Of a stretch of DNA of 64,000 nt, positions 1 to 12,737 are shown one piece after another (the stretch's first letter is position 1; each line of letters opens with the position of its first letter). The notes beneath the pieces are model-generated. The model had not been told where the DNA came from, searched no databases, and saw only the letters and a program-made list of their open reading frames with translations. The DNA lies in assembly GCA_965228895.1 (NCBI GenBank), contig OZ245842.1, forward strand, positions 4,768,001-4,832,000, given 5' to 3'. Made by a program: the position numbers and the translations under genes. This DNA is from Alphaproteobacteria bacterium. Lineage in GTDB: Bacteria > Pseudomonadota > Alphaproteobacteria > SP197.

Positions 1-111
1 ATCGATGGCGAGCGGATCCAGTTTTCGATGGCTGACGCGGTATCGCCGACCATTGTGCGCGACACCAGCGACCCGACGACGCTCTTTGTGCTGATGCCGA
101 TGCGGGTTTAG
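1..111 (+). CDS. dnaN: DNA polymerase III beta clamp, C-terminal fragment (5' truncated by window edge)
   Basis: Frame 1 reads IDGERIQFSMADAVSPTIVRDTSDPTTLFVLMPMRV*. The VLMPMRV end is typical of the beta clamp, and it lies directly upstream of recF-gyrB. Confidence 0.9.
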   Translation: MDGERIQFSMADAVSPTIVRDTSDPTTLFVLMPMRV

Positions 112-131
112 GCAACGGCGCAGCGGACCTT

Positions 132-3718
<3,587 letters not shown>

Positions 3719-3845
3719 GCGCTGCTTCGGCAAGCGCTTCGATGATCCGATCTGCGACGCCCGTCGGGTATGTCATCGAACCGCCTTCTTTTGCTCGTTT
3801 TTTCATGGACTTAGGTCCCAGCCGCAGCCCTTGATGATCTGATTG

Positions 3846-5936
3846 ATGGCCAAAAAGCCAACCAAAAAACCCGCCCGCGCCCGGCCCGCAACGTCGGCCA
3901 AGAAGAAGGCGCCGACGAAGAAGTCTGCGTCAAAGAAGGCCGCACCGAAAAAGGCGTCGGCGAAGAAGAAGGCGCCGCCGAAAAAGACTAGGAAACAGCG
4001 GTCTCTGCTTGGCCGCGTGCTGCGCGGTTTCCTGGTTGTCGGTATCTGGGGTGGGATCGCGTTCGCCTTGCTGATGGGCTGGTATGCGCTTGATCTGCCC
4101 AATCCCTCGACGCTGGCCACCGATCGCCGGCCGGGGGTTACCGTGGTCGCCGCCGACGGTACCGTGTTGGCCAACTATGGCGAACTGCACGGCAATGCCC
4201 TGCACTATGAAGACCTTCCCCAACATCTGATCGATGCGGTGATCGCGACCGAAGACCGGCGGTTCTTTGATCACATGGGTATCGATCCGATCGGCATCGC
4301 GCGCGCCATGGTCGCCAATATTCGCGCCGGTGGCATCGTCCAGGGCGGCAGCACGATCAGCCAGCAGGTGGCCAAGAACCTGTTCCTGACGCCGGAGCGC
4401 TCGTTCAAGCGTAAGGTTCAGGAAGCCATGCTGGCGATCTGGCTGGAGCGTCAGTTCACCAAGGAGCAGATCCTCGTCATTTATCTGAACCGGGTCTATC
4501 TGGGCGCCGGTGCCTTCGGCGTCGATGCCGCTGCCCAGCGCTATTTCGACAAACCGGCGGTCGAACTCAGCCTGGCCGAAGCGGCCATGATCGCCGGCCT
4601 TCTGAAGGCACCGTCGCGCCTGGCACCGATCAACGACTTGGAGGCTGCCCAGGCACGCGCCGCCATCGTGCTCAACCGCATGGTCGATACAGGGCGCCTG
4701 GATGAAGAAAGCGCGGCCATCGCCGAGGCCGAACCGGCGGAACCCGCAGCTCTTGTCAGCCATGGCGATGATGTGCGCTATGCGACCGACTGGGTGATGG
4801 CGCGCGCCGCCGACTATGTCGGCCCGGCCCGCGAGGATCTGATCATCGTGACGACGCTTGAGCCGTCAGCACAAAGCGCGGCGGAGGCCACGATTGTTGA
4901 AGTGTTAGCCGCCTCAGGCGACGAACGCGGCGTCAGTCAGGCGGCTCTGGTCGCCATGGCGCCCGACGGCGCGGTGCGCGCCATGGTCGGCGGCCTCGAC
5001 TACGGTACCAGCCAGTTCAACCGCACGACCCAGGCGCTGCGCCAGCCCGGTTCCGCGTTCAAACTCTTTGTCTATCTCGCGGCACTCGAAGCCGGCCGGC
5101 AGCCGAACGACTCCGTGTTCGATGGCCCGGTCGAGATCGAAGGCTGGAGCCCCGGCAACTTCGGCGGCGATTACGCCGGCCAGATGACGCTGCGCGAAGC
5201 CATCGCCCAGTCGGTCAACACGGTGGCCGCGCAAACCGCCTGGTCGACCGGCATGACCAACGTCGTCGCCATGGCCCATCGGCTGGGTATCAAGGCCGAC
5301 CTGCAGCCATTGCCCAGCCTGGCGCTTGGCACAGCCGAAGTGACCGCGCTCGAACTGACCGCCGCCTACGCGACGCTCGCCAACCAGGGCCGCGAAGTCT
5401 GGCCCTACGCGATCCAGGAGATCCGCACGCGTTCGGGCCAGGTGCTTTACAGCCGCTATGGTCTCTCCGGTAAACAGGTGCTGGAGCCGCAGACCGTCGC
5501 CGCGATGACCGACATGCTGACCGCCGTCGTGCAGAGCGGTACCGGCCGCGCCGCGCAACTGGACCGGCCCGTTGCCGGCAAGACCGGGACCTCCAGCGAC
5601 TTCCGCGATGCCTGGTTCATCGGTCTGACCCGCGACATGGTGGCCGGCGTATGGGTCGGCAACGATGACGGCTCGCCGACGAACAACGTCACCGGCGGTG
5701 GCATGCCGGCCCAGATCTGGGCCGGTTTCATGAACCGGAGCCTGACCGGCATGCCGTCGCGGCCCCTGGTCGATGCCTCGACGAGCGATGCCGCGTCCGA
5801 TGGTTTCGGAATTTTCGACAGCGGCGACGAAACAGCCGGAGAAACAGGCTTCAACGATGTCATGCAAGGCCTGTTCGACGAGCTCGCCGGCGGTGGAGCG
5901 ACCGATCCAGACCGCAACAGCACCAGGGATCGCTGA
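3846..5936 (+). CDS. Class A penicillin-binding protein (PBP1A family transglycosylase/transpeptidase)
   Basis: Single TM helix; glycosyltransferase motifs EDRRFFDH, GGSTISQQ and RKxQE; transpeptidase motifs SAFK, SVN and KTG; Lys/Ala-rich N-terminus. Confidence 0.93.
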   Translation: MAKKPTKKPARARPATSAKKKAPTKKSASKKAAPKKASAKKKAPPKKTRKQRSLLGRVLRGFLVVGIWGGIAFALLMGWYALDLPNPSTLATDRRPGVTVVAADGTVLANYGELHGNALHYEDLPQHLIDAVIATEDRRFFDHMGIDPIGIARAMVANIRAGGIVQGGSTISQQVAKNLFLTPERSFKRKVQEAMLAIWLERQFTKEQILVIYLNRVYLGAGAFGVDAAAQRYFDKPAVELSLAEAAMIAGLLKAPSRLAPINDLEAAQARAAIVLNRMVDTGRLDEESAAIAEAEPAEPAALVSHGDDVRYATDWVMARAADYVGPAREDLIIVTTLEPSAQSAAEATIVEVLAASGDERGVSQAALVAMAPDGAVRAMVGGLDYGTSQFNRTTQALRQPGSAFKLFVYLAALEAGRQPNDSVFDGPVEIEGWSPGNFGGDYAGQMTLREAIAQSVNTVAAQTAWSTGMTNVVAMAHRLGIKADLQPLPSLALGTAEVTALELTAAYATLANQGREVWPYAIQEIRTRSGQVLYSRYGLSGKQVLEPQTVAAMTDMLTAVVQSGTGRAAQLDRPVAGKTGTSSDFRDAWFIGLTRDMVAGVWVGNDDGSPTNNVTGGGMPAQIWAGFMNRSLTGMPSRPLVDASTSDAASDGFGIFDSGDETAGETGFNDVMQGLFDELAGGGATDPDRNSTRDR

Positions 5937-6066
5937 CTAGGGCATTTTCCGTTTGCACTGGCTCGGCGCCGGCCCGCTACCCCTCCCGGCCACCCCTAGG
6001 ATACTGCCATGGGTGGCCGGGAGGGGGAGCGGGCTGGTGATGCGACTTGATCGGAAAATGCTCTAG
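5937..6066. repeat. MITE-like palindromic element (TIR CTAGRGCATTTTCC) with GC-rich internal hairpin, family A copy 1
   Basis: CTAGGGCATTTTCC...GGAAAATGCTCTAG termini. The inner stem CCCTCCCGGCCACCC/GGGTGGCCGGGAGGG recurs at 41.7 kb and 45 kb. Confidence 0.8.
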
Positions 6067-7373
6067 GCGTCGTCGCCGTCGATCAGATGCAGGAACGATC
6101 CGGCGACGCTGCCGACACCTGAACCGGTTTCACCACGACCCATGCACCGCGCATCGTTAACCGCAAAGAGCGGATCGCCGCCGCTTTTGATTTCGGCGGC
6201 ATAGTGAAACTCGTGCCCCCGGAACCGTCCGCCGGCCGGTCCAAGCGGGCATATCGAGAGCAGTTCGAGCCGGCGATAACCCAGGTGAAGCCGCGGCGCA
6301 GCGAACGACGTCGCCACCGGCAGCAGACCGGCCATCGCGTGGGCCTTGCCGTTGCCATCGGTCAGTGTCTCGCCCAAGACCATGAAGCCGCCGCACTCGC
6401 CGAACACGAAGGCCCGTCGTTCGGCCGCATCCTTAAGCCCGCCCAGGAAGCTGCTGTTGGCAGCAAGGCGTGCGCCATGCAGTTCCGGATAGCCGCCGGG
6501 CAGATAGACCGCGTCGCAGGCGGGATCGGGCGCTTCATCGGCCAGCGGCGAGAAGAACGTCAAATCCGCCCCAACGCGCCGCCATCCGGCGAGCACGCTG
6601 GGATAGGCAAAGGCAAACGCCTCGTCGTGAGCAACCGCGATGCGCTGACCCAGCGGCGGCAAGATAGTGGTGTCGACGGTATCCGTTTCCAACGCCGGCC
6701 GTGCTGCAAGGCCCATGAGTGCCTCCAGGTCGACGGCGTCCGCGATGATGTCAGCGGCTACGTTCAAGAATCGTTCGAGGTCGCCATGCTCGCCTGCCTG
6801 AACCAAGCCGAGATGACGTTCGGGGAGCTCAAGGCGCCGATCGCGCGGCACCGCACCGAGGATCGGCATGCGATCGCCGACCGCTTCGCGCAGCAATTCC
6901 GCATGGCTGTCACCACCGACACGGTTGAAGATGACCCCGGCGATCTGGACATCGCTGCGATGACCGACAAATCCGGCCAGCGTCGCGGCGGCCGAAGCGG
7001 CCTGACCGCGCACATCCATCACCAGGACAACCGGCCAGCCGAACTGGGCCGCCAGGTCGGCGGTCGACCCGGTGCCGTCAAGCGCGCTATCGAACAGGCC
7101 CATGACACCTTCGCCGACGACAATGTCGGCATCGTCAGACAGCCGGTGCGCCTCGGCCTGCAACGTCGTGGCGCGCATCGCCCACGGATCGAGGTTGGGC
7201 GCCGGTCTGCCGGTCGCAGCTGCGTGAAAAGCCGGATCGATGTAGTCAGGCCCGGTCTTGAACGAACGCACGTTGATGCCGCGCCGTTTTAGCGCGCGCA
7301 GGATGGCAAGCGTCAGGATGGTCTTGCCCGAGCCCGATGCCGGGGCGGCAATGATCAGGCCCGGTGCGATCAA
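6063..7373 (-). CDS. cobB: Cobyrinate/hydrogenobyrinate a,c-diamide synthase
   Basis: SGSGKT, KTGPDYIDP, EGVMGLFD, LPGGYPEL, GECGG and GHEFHY motifs. Confidence 0.95.
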   Translation of the reverse strand: MIAPGLIIAAPASGSGKTILTLAILRALKRRGINVRSFKTGPDYIDPAFHAAATGRPAPNLDPWAMRATTLQAEAHRLSDDADIVVGEGVMGLFDSALDGTGSTADLAAQFGWPVVLVMDVRGQAASAAATLAGFVGHRSDVQIAGVIFNRVGGDSHAELLREAVGDRMPILGAVPRDRRLELPERHLGLVQAGEHGDLERFLNVAADIIADAVDLEALMGLAARPALETDTVDTTILPPLGQRIAVAHDEAFAFAYPSVLAGWRRVGADLTFFSPLADEAPDPACDAVYLPGGYPELHGARLAANSSFLGGLKDAAERRAFVFGECGGFMVLGETLTDGNGKAHAMAGLLPVATSFAAPRLHLGYRRLELLSICPLGPAGGRFRGHEFHYAAEIKSGGDPLFAVNDARCMGRGETGSGVGSVAGSFLHLIDGDDA

Positions 7374-7382
7374 GAAACGCCC

Positions 7383-8237
7383 TCAGCCGACGCGGCGGTC
7401 GGCCTTCAGCCCCAGGGGATCGGATTTGAGCACGCGGCCGTCCAGCGCGCCGAGCCAGTCGAGCCCGTCGCGCAACCGCACGATATCGCCGATGGCGACG
7501 ATCGCCGGCGCCTCGATGCCGTTCGCCACAACATCATCGGCGGCATCGGAAAGCCGGGTCTCAAGGACGCGTTGGTCGGCCGTCGAGGCGTTCGACACGA
7601 CCGCAACCGGCGTATTGGCCTCCAGACCCCCGATCATCAGCGCACCGGCAATATGGTCGAGGTGCTTCAGCGCCATATAGAGCACGATGGCGCCGGAGCC
7701 CCGGGCAAGCGCCGCCCAGTCGATCGTGTCGGGAACATCGCCGCCGGCAGCATGGCCGGTGACGAAGGTGACGGTGTGGTTGGTGTCGCGATGGGTGGTC
7801 GGAATGCCGGCGTAGCCCAGACCGCCGATACCGGCGGTGATGCCCGGCACGATCCGGAACGGGACTTCCGCCGCGACCAGGGCCAGCGCTTCTTCACCGC
7901 CGCGCCCAAAGACCAGGGGATCGCCACCCTTCAGCCGCAGCACCCGTTTGCCTTGGCGCGCCAATTGGATCAGCCGGTTGGAGATATCCGGCTGCTTGGG
8001 CGACGGTTTGCCGCCACGCTTGCCGGCATAGATCAGTTCGGCCTCGGGCCGCGCCATGGCCAGGATCCGGTCATCGACCAGCGCGTCATAGACGACGACA
8101 TCGGCCTCGCGCAGACCGTGATGGGCGAGCAGCGTGATCAGGCCGGGATCGCCTGGACCGGCGCCAACAAGCCAGACCCAGCCAGGCTCAAACGCCGGCA
8201 GATCAAGCTGAGGACGGGTTTCGGACGCTCCGGTCAT
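7383..8237 (-). CDS. cobA: Uroporphyrinogen-III C-methyltransferase
   Basis: VWLVGAGPGDPGLIT, RLKGGDPLVFGRGGEE, VPGITA. Confidence 0.95.
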   Translation of the reverse strand: MTGASETRPQLDLPAFEPGWVWLVGAGPGDPGLITLLAHHGLREADVVVYDALVDDRILAMARPEAELIYAGKRGGKPSPKQPDISNRLIQLARQGKRVLRLKGGDPLVFGRGGEEALALVAAEVPFRIVPGITAGIGGLGYAGIPTTHRDTNHTVTFVTGHAAGGDVPDTIDWAALARGSGAIVLYMALKHLDHIAGALMIGGLEANTPVAVVSNASTADQRVLETRLSDAADDVVANGIEAPAIVAIGDIVRLRDGLDWLGALDGRVLKSDPLGLKADRRVG

Positions 8238-8340
8238 ACGCGGCAACCTACTACGGGCGCTGGTCGAAGCCTAGATATGCTGTCTCTCCCGCTTCCCGCA
8301 AGCGGTTCCACCTCACCACGACCCGCACTAGGATCGCGCC

Positions 8341-9426
8341 ATGCGTGATAAACCGGATCGTCCCTTAAGGCGCGGCTGGACCACCGGCGCCTGCGCGACG
8401 GCGGCGACGGCGGCGGCCTATGGCGCACTGGTGACCAGCAAGTTCTGCGATCCCGTCGTCATCACACTGCCCAAGGGCGAGCAGCCGAGCTTCGCGCTTA
8501 AACGCAAGGAACGGACGGAGCAGAGCGCGACCGCTTCGGTCATCAAGGACGCCGGCGACGACCCCGACGTCACCCACGGTGCGGAGATCGTCGTGACCGT
8601 CTCCCCAGGCGAACCCGGCACCGGCGTCACCTTTCTGGCCGGACCGGGCGTCGGGACCATCACCAAGCCGGGTCTGCCCTTGCCGCCCAACGAGCCGGCG
8701 ATCAACCCGAAACCGCGCGAGATGATGCGCCAGACCATCGCCGATCTTGCCGAACGCCTGGGCGGTCCCGACGACATCACGATCGAAGTCGCGGTGCCGG
8801 GCGGCGAGGCGCTGGCCGCGCAGACCTGGAACCCCAGGCTCGGCATTGTCGGCGGCATTTCGATCCTGGGGACGACGGGCATCGTCATCCCCTATTCGTG
8901 CTCGGCCTGGATCCACTCGATCCACCGCGGTATCGATGTGGCGCGCGCCACGGGCATCGATCATGTCGCCGGCGCGACCGGCAAAGTTTCCGAAGCCACG
9001 GTCCAGGCGCGCTACGGCCTCGACGAGAGCGCGCTGATCGACATGGGCGACTTTGCCGGCGGCATGCTGAAGTATCTGCGCAACCATCCCGTCGCCAGAG
9101 TCACCATCGCCGGCGGTTTCGCGAAGCTGGCCAAGCTGGCCGACGGCCATCTCGATCTCCACTCCAGCCGCAGCCAGGTCAATATCGCCGGGCTCGCAGC
9201 GTGTCTCGCAAACCTGGGCGCTTCCGCCCAGACCGTCGAGCGGGCCAGAAACGCCCATATGGCCGGCGAGGTCCTGCAGATCGCGGCCGAGAACGCGCTG
9301 CCGATCGCCGACGTGATCGCCGGGCGAGCCCGGCAGACGGCGTTGGCGACACTCTCCGGCGGCATCGCCGTCGACGTGCTGGTTGTCGACCGCCAGGGCG
9401 CGGTGATCGGCGAAGCCGGTGGCTGA
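8341..9426 (+). CDS. cbiD: Cobalt-precorrin-5B C1-methyltransferase
   Basis: LRRGWTTGACATAA, KDAGDDPDVTHG, NPRLGIVGGISILGTTG. Confidence 0.96.
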   Translation: MRDKPDRPLRRGWTTGACATAATAAAYGALVTSKFCDPVVITLPKGEQPSFALKRKERTEQSATASVIKDAGDDPDVTHGAEIVVTVSPGEPGTGVTFLAGPGVGTITKPGLPLPPNEPAINPKPREMMRQTIADLAERLGGPDDITIEVAVPGGEALAAQTWNPRLGIVGGISILGTTGIVIPYSCSAWIHSIHRGIDVARATGIDHVAGATGKVSEATVQARYGLDESALIDMGDFAGGMLKYLRNHPVARVTIAGGFAKLAKLADGHLDLHSSRSQVNIAGLAACLANLGASAQTVERARNAHMAGEVLQIAAENALPIADVIAGRARQTALATLSGGIAVDVLVVDRQGAVIGEAGG

Positions 9427-10168
9427 ACGGCTGCTGATCCTGGGCGGGACCGGCGAGGCGGTCGCCCTCGCCGAAACGCTCACCGAGGCCCTGCCGGAGC
9501 TTCATCTCATCACCTCGCTTGCCGGCGTCACGCGCTCGCCCCGAGCCGTCCCGGGTGAGATTCGCACCGGCGGATTTGGCGGTGTTCCAGGCCTCAAAGA
9601 TTATCTATCGGACATGCATATAAAGTACCTCGTCGACGCGACGCATCCGTTCGCCGCCCAGATCGCCGCCCACGCGGCGCGCGCCTGCAGCGACCTCCAC
9701 ATACCCCGCCTCAAGCTGCTTCGCCCGATGTGGCAACGCACGCCGGAGGATATCTGGGTCGAGGTGGCCGACGCCGGGGAAGCCGCCGTGGCATTGCGAC
9801 AACGAGGCGCCAAGTCGGTCTTTCTGACGCTTGGCATCCGCGATCTCGACCGGTTTGCCGGGCTCGACGACGTGCGGTTCGTCGTTCGTCTGATCGAACG
9901 GCCGGTGGCGCCTCTGCCCATACCCGCCACGATTGTCACCGGTCGCGGCCCGTTCCAGGCAGACGACGAACAAGACCTGATGATCCGCGAAGCGATCGAC
10001 ATGGTCGTCGCGAAAGCCAGCGGCGGTAAGGCGACCGAAGGCAAGATTCTGGCGGCCCGCGCGCTTGGCCTGCCGGTCATCATGATCACCCGCCCCCGAC
10101 CGCCCGACGGCCCGTCGGTTGATAGCATCGACGACGTGCTCAACTGGCTCGCCGATCACATGACATAG
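9419..10168 (+). CDS. cobK: Precorrin-6A reductase
   Basis: LILGGTGEA, GGFGG, VDATHPFA, KASGG. Confidence 0.94.
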   Translation: MAERLLILGGTGEAVALAETLTEALPELHLITSLAGVTRSPRAVPGEIRTGGFGGVPGLKDYLSDMHIKYLVDATHPFAAQIAAHAARACSDLHIPRLKLLRPMWQRTPEDIWVEVADAGEAAVALRQRGAKSVFLTLGIRDLDRFAGLDDVRFVVRLIERPVAPLPIPATIVTGRGPFQADDEQDLMIREAIDMVVAKASGGKATEGKILAARALGLPVIMITRPRPPDGPSVDSIDDVLNWLADHMT

Positions 10169-10230
10169 AGCCGAAGACCGCCCTAGGATGGTCACAGGCG
10201 ACGCTTGTGCGATGCCATGAGGAGGACGAT

Positions 10231-11979
10231 TTGGAACGCAGGCTTGCCGCCATCCTGGCCGCCGACGTGGTCGGCTATGCCCACCGGGTGGAATCCGATG
10301 AGGCCACCACGCAGGCCACATTGGCGGCGCATCGCTCGGAGCTCATCGAGCCAATGGTCTTGCACCATGGCGGTCGCGTCATGAAACAGACGGGCGCCGG
10401 CGTCGTGATCGCGTTTCCGAACGTTGTTGACGCCGTCTCCACCGCCGTGAGCGTGCAGCGAGGTATGGTCAGGCGCAACGCGGGGCTGCCAAAAAGCGCA
10501 CGCATGGACCTCAGGATCGGCATTGACCTGGCCGACGTTTCCGCCAGCGACGACACCTTGCGTGGTGATGTTATCAAGGTCGCCAAGCGTTTGGAGGCGT
10601 TGGCCGAGCCTGGCGGCATTTGTGTTTCCGGCACGGTCTACACGCAAATTGCAGGCAAACTTAATCACCGTTTCATCGACGGTGGCGAACGATCCGTCGC
10701 GCCCTTGCCCGGCCCGGTTCAGCTCTGGCACTGGTCCGATGACATCGCGACGTCAACCGACAAGGCCCTGCCGTTGGCGTTGCCGGACAAGCCGTCGATC
10801 GCCGTCCTGCCCTTCACCAACCGCTCGGGCGATCCCGGGCAGGCATTCTTCGCCGACGGCGTTGCCGAGGACATCATTACCGCACTCAGCCGATATCGAG
10901 GGCTCTTTGTCATCGCCCGCAGTTCTTCCTTCGCCTACCAGGGCACAAGCCCGAAGATCTGGGACGTCGGTCGTGAACTCGGCATCGCCTATGTTGTCGA
11001 GGGCGGCGTCAAACGCGATGGTGACGAGGTCGCGGTCAATGCTCAGATGATCGACACGCGCACCGGCAATCAGGTCTGGAGCGCGCGCCACGACGGCGTT
11101 TTTGAAGACATTTTCGCAATCGAAAGCGAGATCGTGGAAGCCATTGCAACGGCGCTGTCGGTGGCGGTGGATGCGCGCTCACAGGTCGGCGCCGTCCCGC
11201 GACCGGTCGGGAACATGAAGGCCTATGAGCAGGTCTTGCACGCACGTTGGCTTCGGTACCGTGACCAGGAAAATGTCGCGCCCATCATCGAGCTGCTCGA
11301 AAAGGCTCTCGCGCTGGAGCCCGACTGTGCCCAAGCCCTCGCCTTGCTGGCGGATGTCTATGCGTCCAGCATCTTTGCTCCGACCGTGTTTCTGGATCGA
11401 CCGGCGGAACAGGCCCGCTACTATGCCCAGAAGGCCCTGGAAGCCGATGCTAAAGACGCCTTCGTCCAAGCCATTGCCGCCATTACCTACTCCGTCCTTG
11501 GTGCGTTCGATCTTGCCGAAACCCATTCCAGCGATGCCGTCGTGCTTAACCCCAACGATTATCTTGCCGTCTATGCCCGCGGCACCACGCTGACCTATGC
11601 CGGTCACATGAACGCCGGTCTGATGTGGTTGGAAAAAGCGATGCGTCTTGATCCCCACGCCGCGCACCAGGACCTGGAGGTTGTCGTCGAATGTCACTAC
11701 ATGCGCCACGCCTATCTTGACGCGATCAAGACGTTCAAGCGGTGGCAAAGCGCGCCGCTCTATATGTACGACGTGCTGGCGGTCTGTTACGCGCAGCTCG
11801 GGAAGCTGCAAGATGCCGCGGATGCGCGCGATATCTGGTTGAGTGACCAGCCCGACGGCTACAACTTCAAAAACACGCTGGAAACGCACATGAACATGTG
11901 CAAACGCCAGGAAGACCGGGACCACTGGCTTGAGGGCTACCGCAAAGCCGGCCTGTTGCATGAAACGTCCGCGCCTTAG
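10231..11979 (+). CDS. Class III adenylate/guanylate cyclase-like + TolB-N-like + TPR protein (degenerate catalytic site)
   Basis: ERRLAAILAADVVGY, LRIGI, PSIAVLPF, FADGVAEDIITALSR, TPR-like helices; TTG start after AGGAGG. Confidence 0.85.
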   Translation: MERRLAAILAADVVGYAHRVESDEATTQATLAAHRSELIEPMVLHHGGRVMKQTGAGVVIAFPNVVDAVSTAVSVQRGMVRRNAGLPKSARMDLRIGIDLADVSASDDTLRGDVIKVAKRLEALAEPGGICVSGTVYTQIAGKLNHRFIDGGERSVAPLPGPVQLWHWSDDIATSTDKALPLALPDKPSIAVLPFTNRSGDPGQAFFADGVAEDIITALSRYRGLFVIARSSSFAYQGTSPKIWDVGRELGIAYVVEGGVKRDGDEVAVNAQMIDTRTGNQVWSARHDGVFEDIFAIESEIVEAIATALSVAVDARSQVGAVPRPVGNMKAYEQVLHARWLRYRDQENVAPIIELLEKALALEPDCAQALALLADVYASSIFAPTVFLDRPAEQARYYAQKALEADAKDAFVQAIAAITYSVLGAFDLAETHSSDAVVLNPNDYLAVYARGTTLTYAGHMNAGLMWLEKAMRLDPHAAHQDLEVVVECHYMRHAYLDAIKTFKRWQSAPLYMYDVLAVCYAQLGKLQDAADARDIWLSDQPDGYNFKNTLETHMNMCKRQEDRDHWLEGYRKAGLLHETSAP

Positions 11980-12737
11980 CTCTGCCGCGGCCTCAAGACA
12001 TGGTGGTGCTGGGCGTCATAAAGACGGCTGTCGCGGAAGTCTGTCTCGGCGAGCACCCGACCAACGAGGATAAGCGCCGTGCGCGTAAAACCCGCCGCCT
12101 TCACCTTGGCGCGGATGTCGGCCAGCGTGCCGCGAAGGATCTCTTCGTCGGGCCAGGTAACGCGATAGGCGACGACACAAGGACAGTCTTCGCCATAGAG
12201 CGGCACCAACTCGCGCACGACTCGCGCGAGATTGTTGACGGAGAGATGAATGGCGAGCGTCGCGCCGGACTTGCCGAGCGTCGTCAGGTCCTCGCCCTCG
12301 GGCATCGCGGTCGCGCGCACGGCCGTGCGGGTCGCGATGACGGTCTGGCTGATATCCGGCAGCGTCAGCTCGGTCTTCAACGCCGCGGCGGCAGCGGCGA
12401 AAGCGGGCACCCCGGGCGTGACGTCATAGGCGATGCCGAGATCATCAAGCCGGCGCATCTGTTCGGCGATCGCACCATAGATCGAGGGATCGCCGGAATG
12501 GACCCGTGCGACGTCGTGACCGGCGGTATGAGCCTTTTCGATCAGCCCAATAATCTCATCGAGATGGAGCGGCGCGGTATCGACCACATCGGCATCCTCT
12601 GCCGCCTCGGCAACGATTTCCGCGGGCACCAGCGAGCCTGCATAGAGGACGACGGGTGCGGAACGGATCAGGTTGAGGCCACGCACGGTGATGAGATCGG
12701 GTGCGCCGGGACCGGCGCCGATGAAATGGACGGTCAC
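11976..12737 (-). CDS. cobM: Precorrin-4 C11-methyltransferase
   Basis: VHFIGAGPGAPDLIT, LYAGSLV, RVHSGDPSIYGAIAEQ. Confidence 0.96.
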   Translation of the reverse strand: MTVHFIGAGPGAPDLITVRGLNLIRSAPVVLYAGSLVPAEIVAEAAEDADVVDTAPLHLDEIIGLIEKAHTAGHDVARVHSGDPSIYGAIAEQMRRLDDLGIAYDVTPGVPAFAAAAAALKTELTLPDISQTVIATRTAVRATAMPEGEDLTTLGKSGATLAIHLSVNNLARVVRELVPLYGEDCPCVVAYRVTWPDEEILRGTLADIRAKVKAAGFTRTALILVGRVLAETDFRDSRLYDAQHHHVLRPRQS

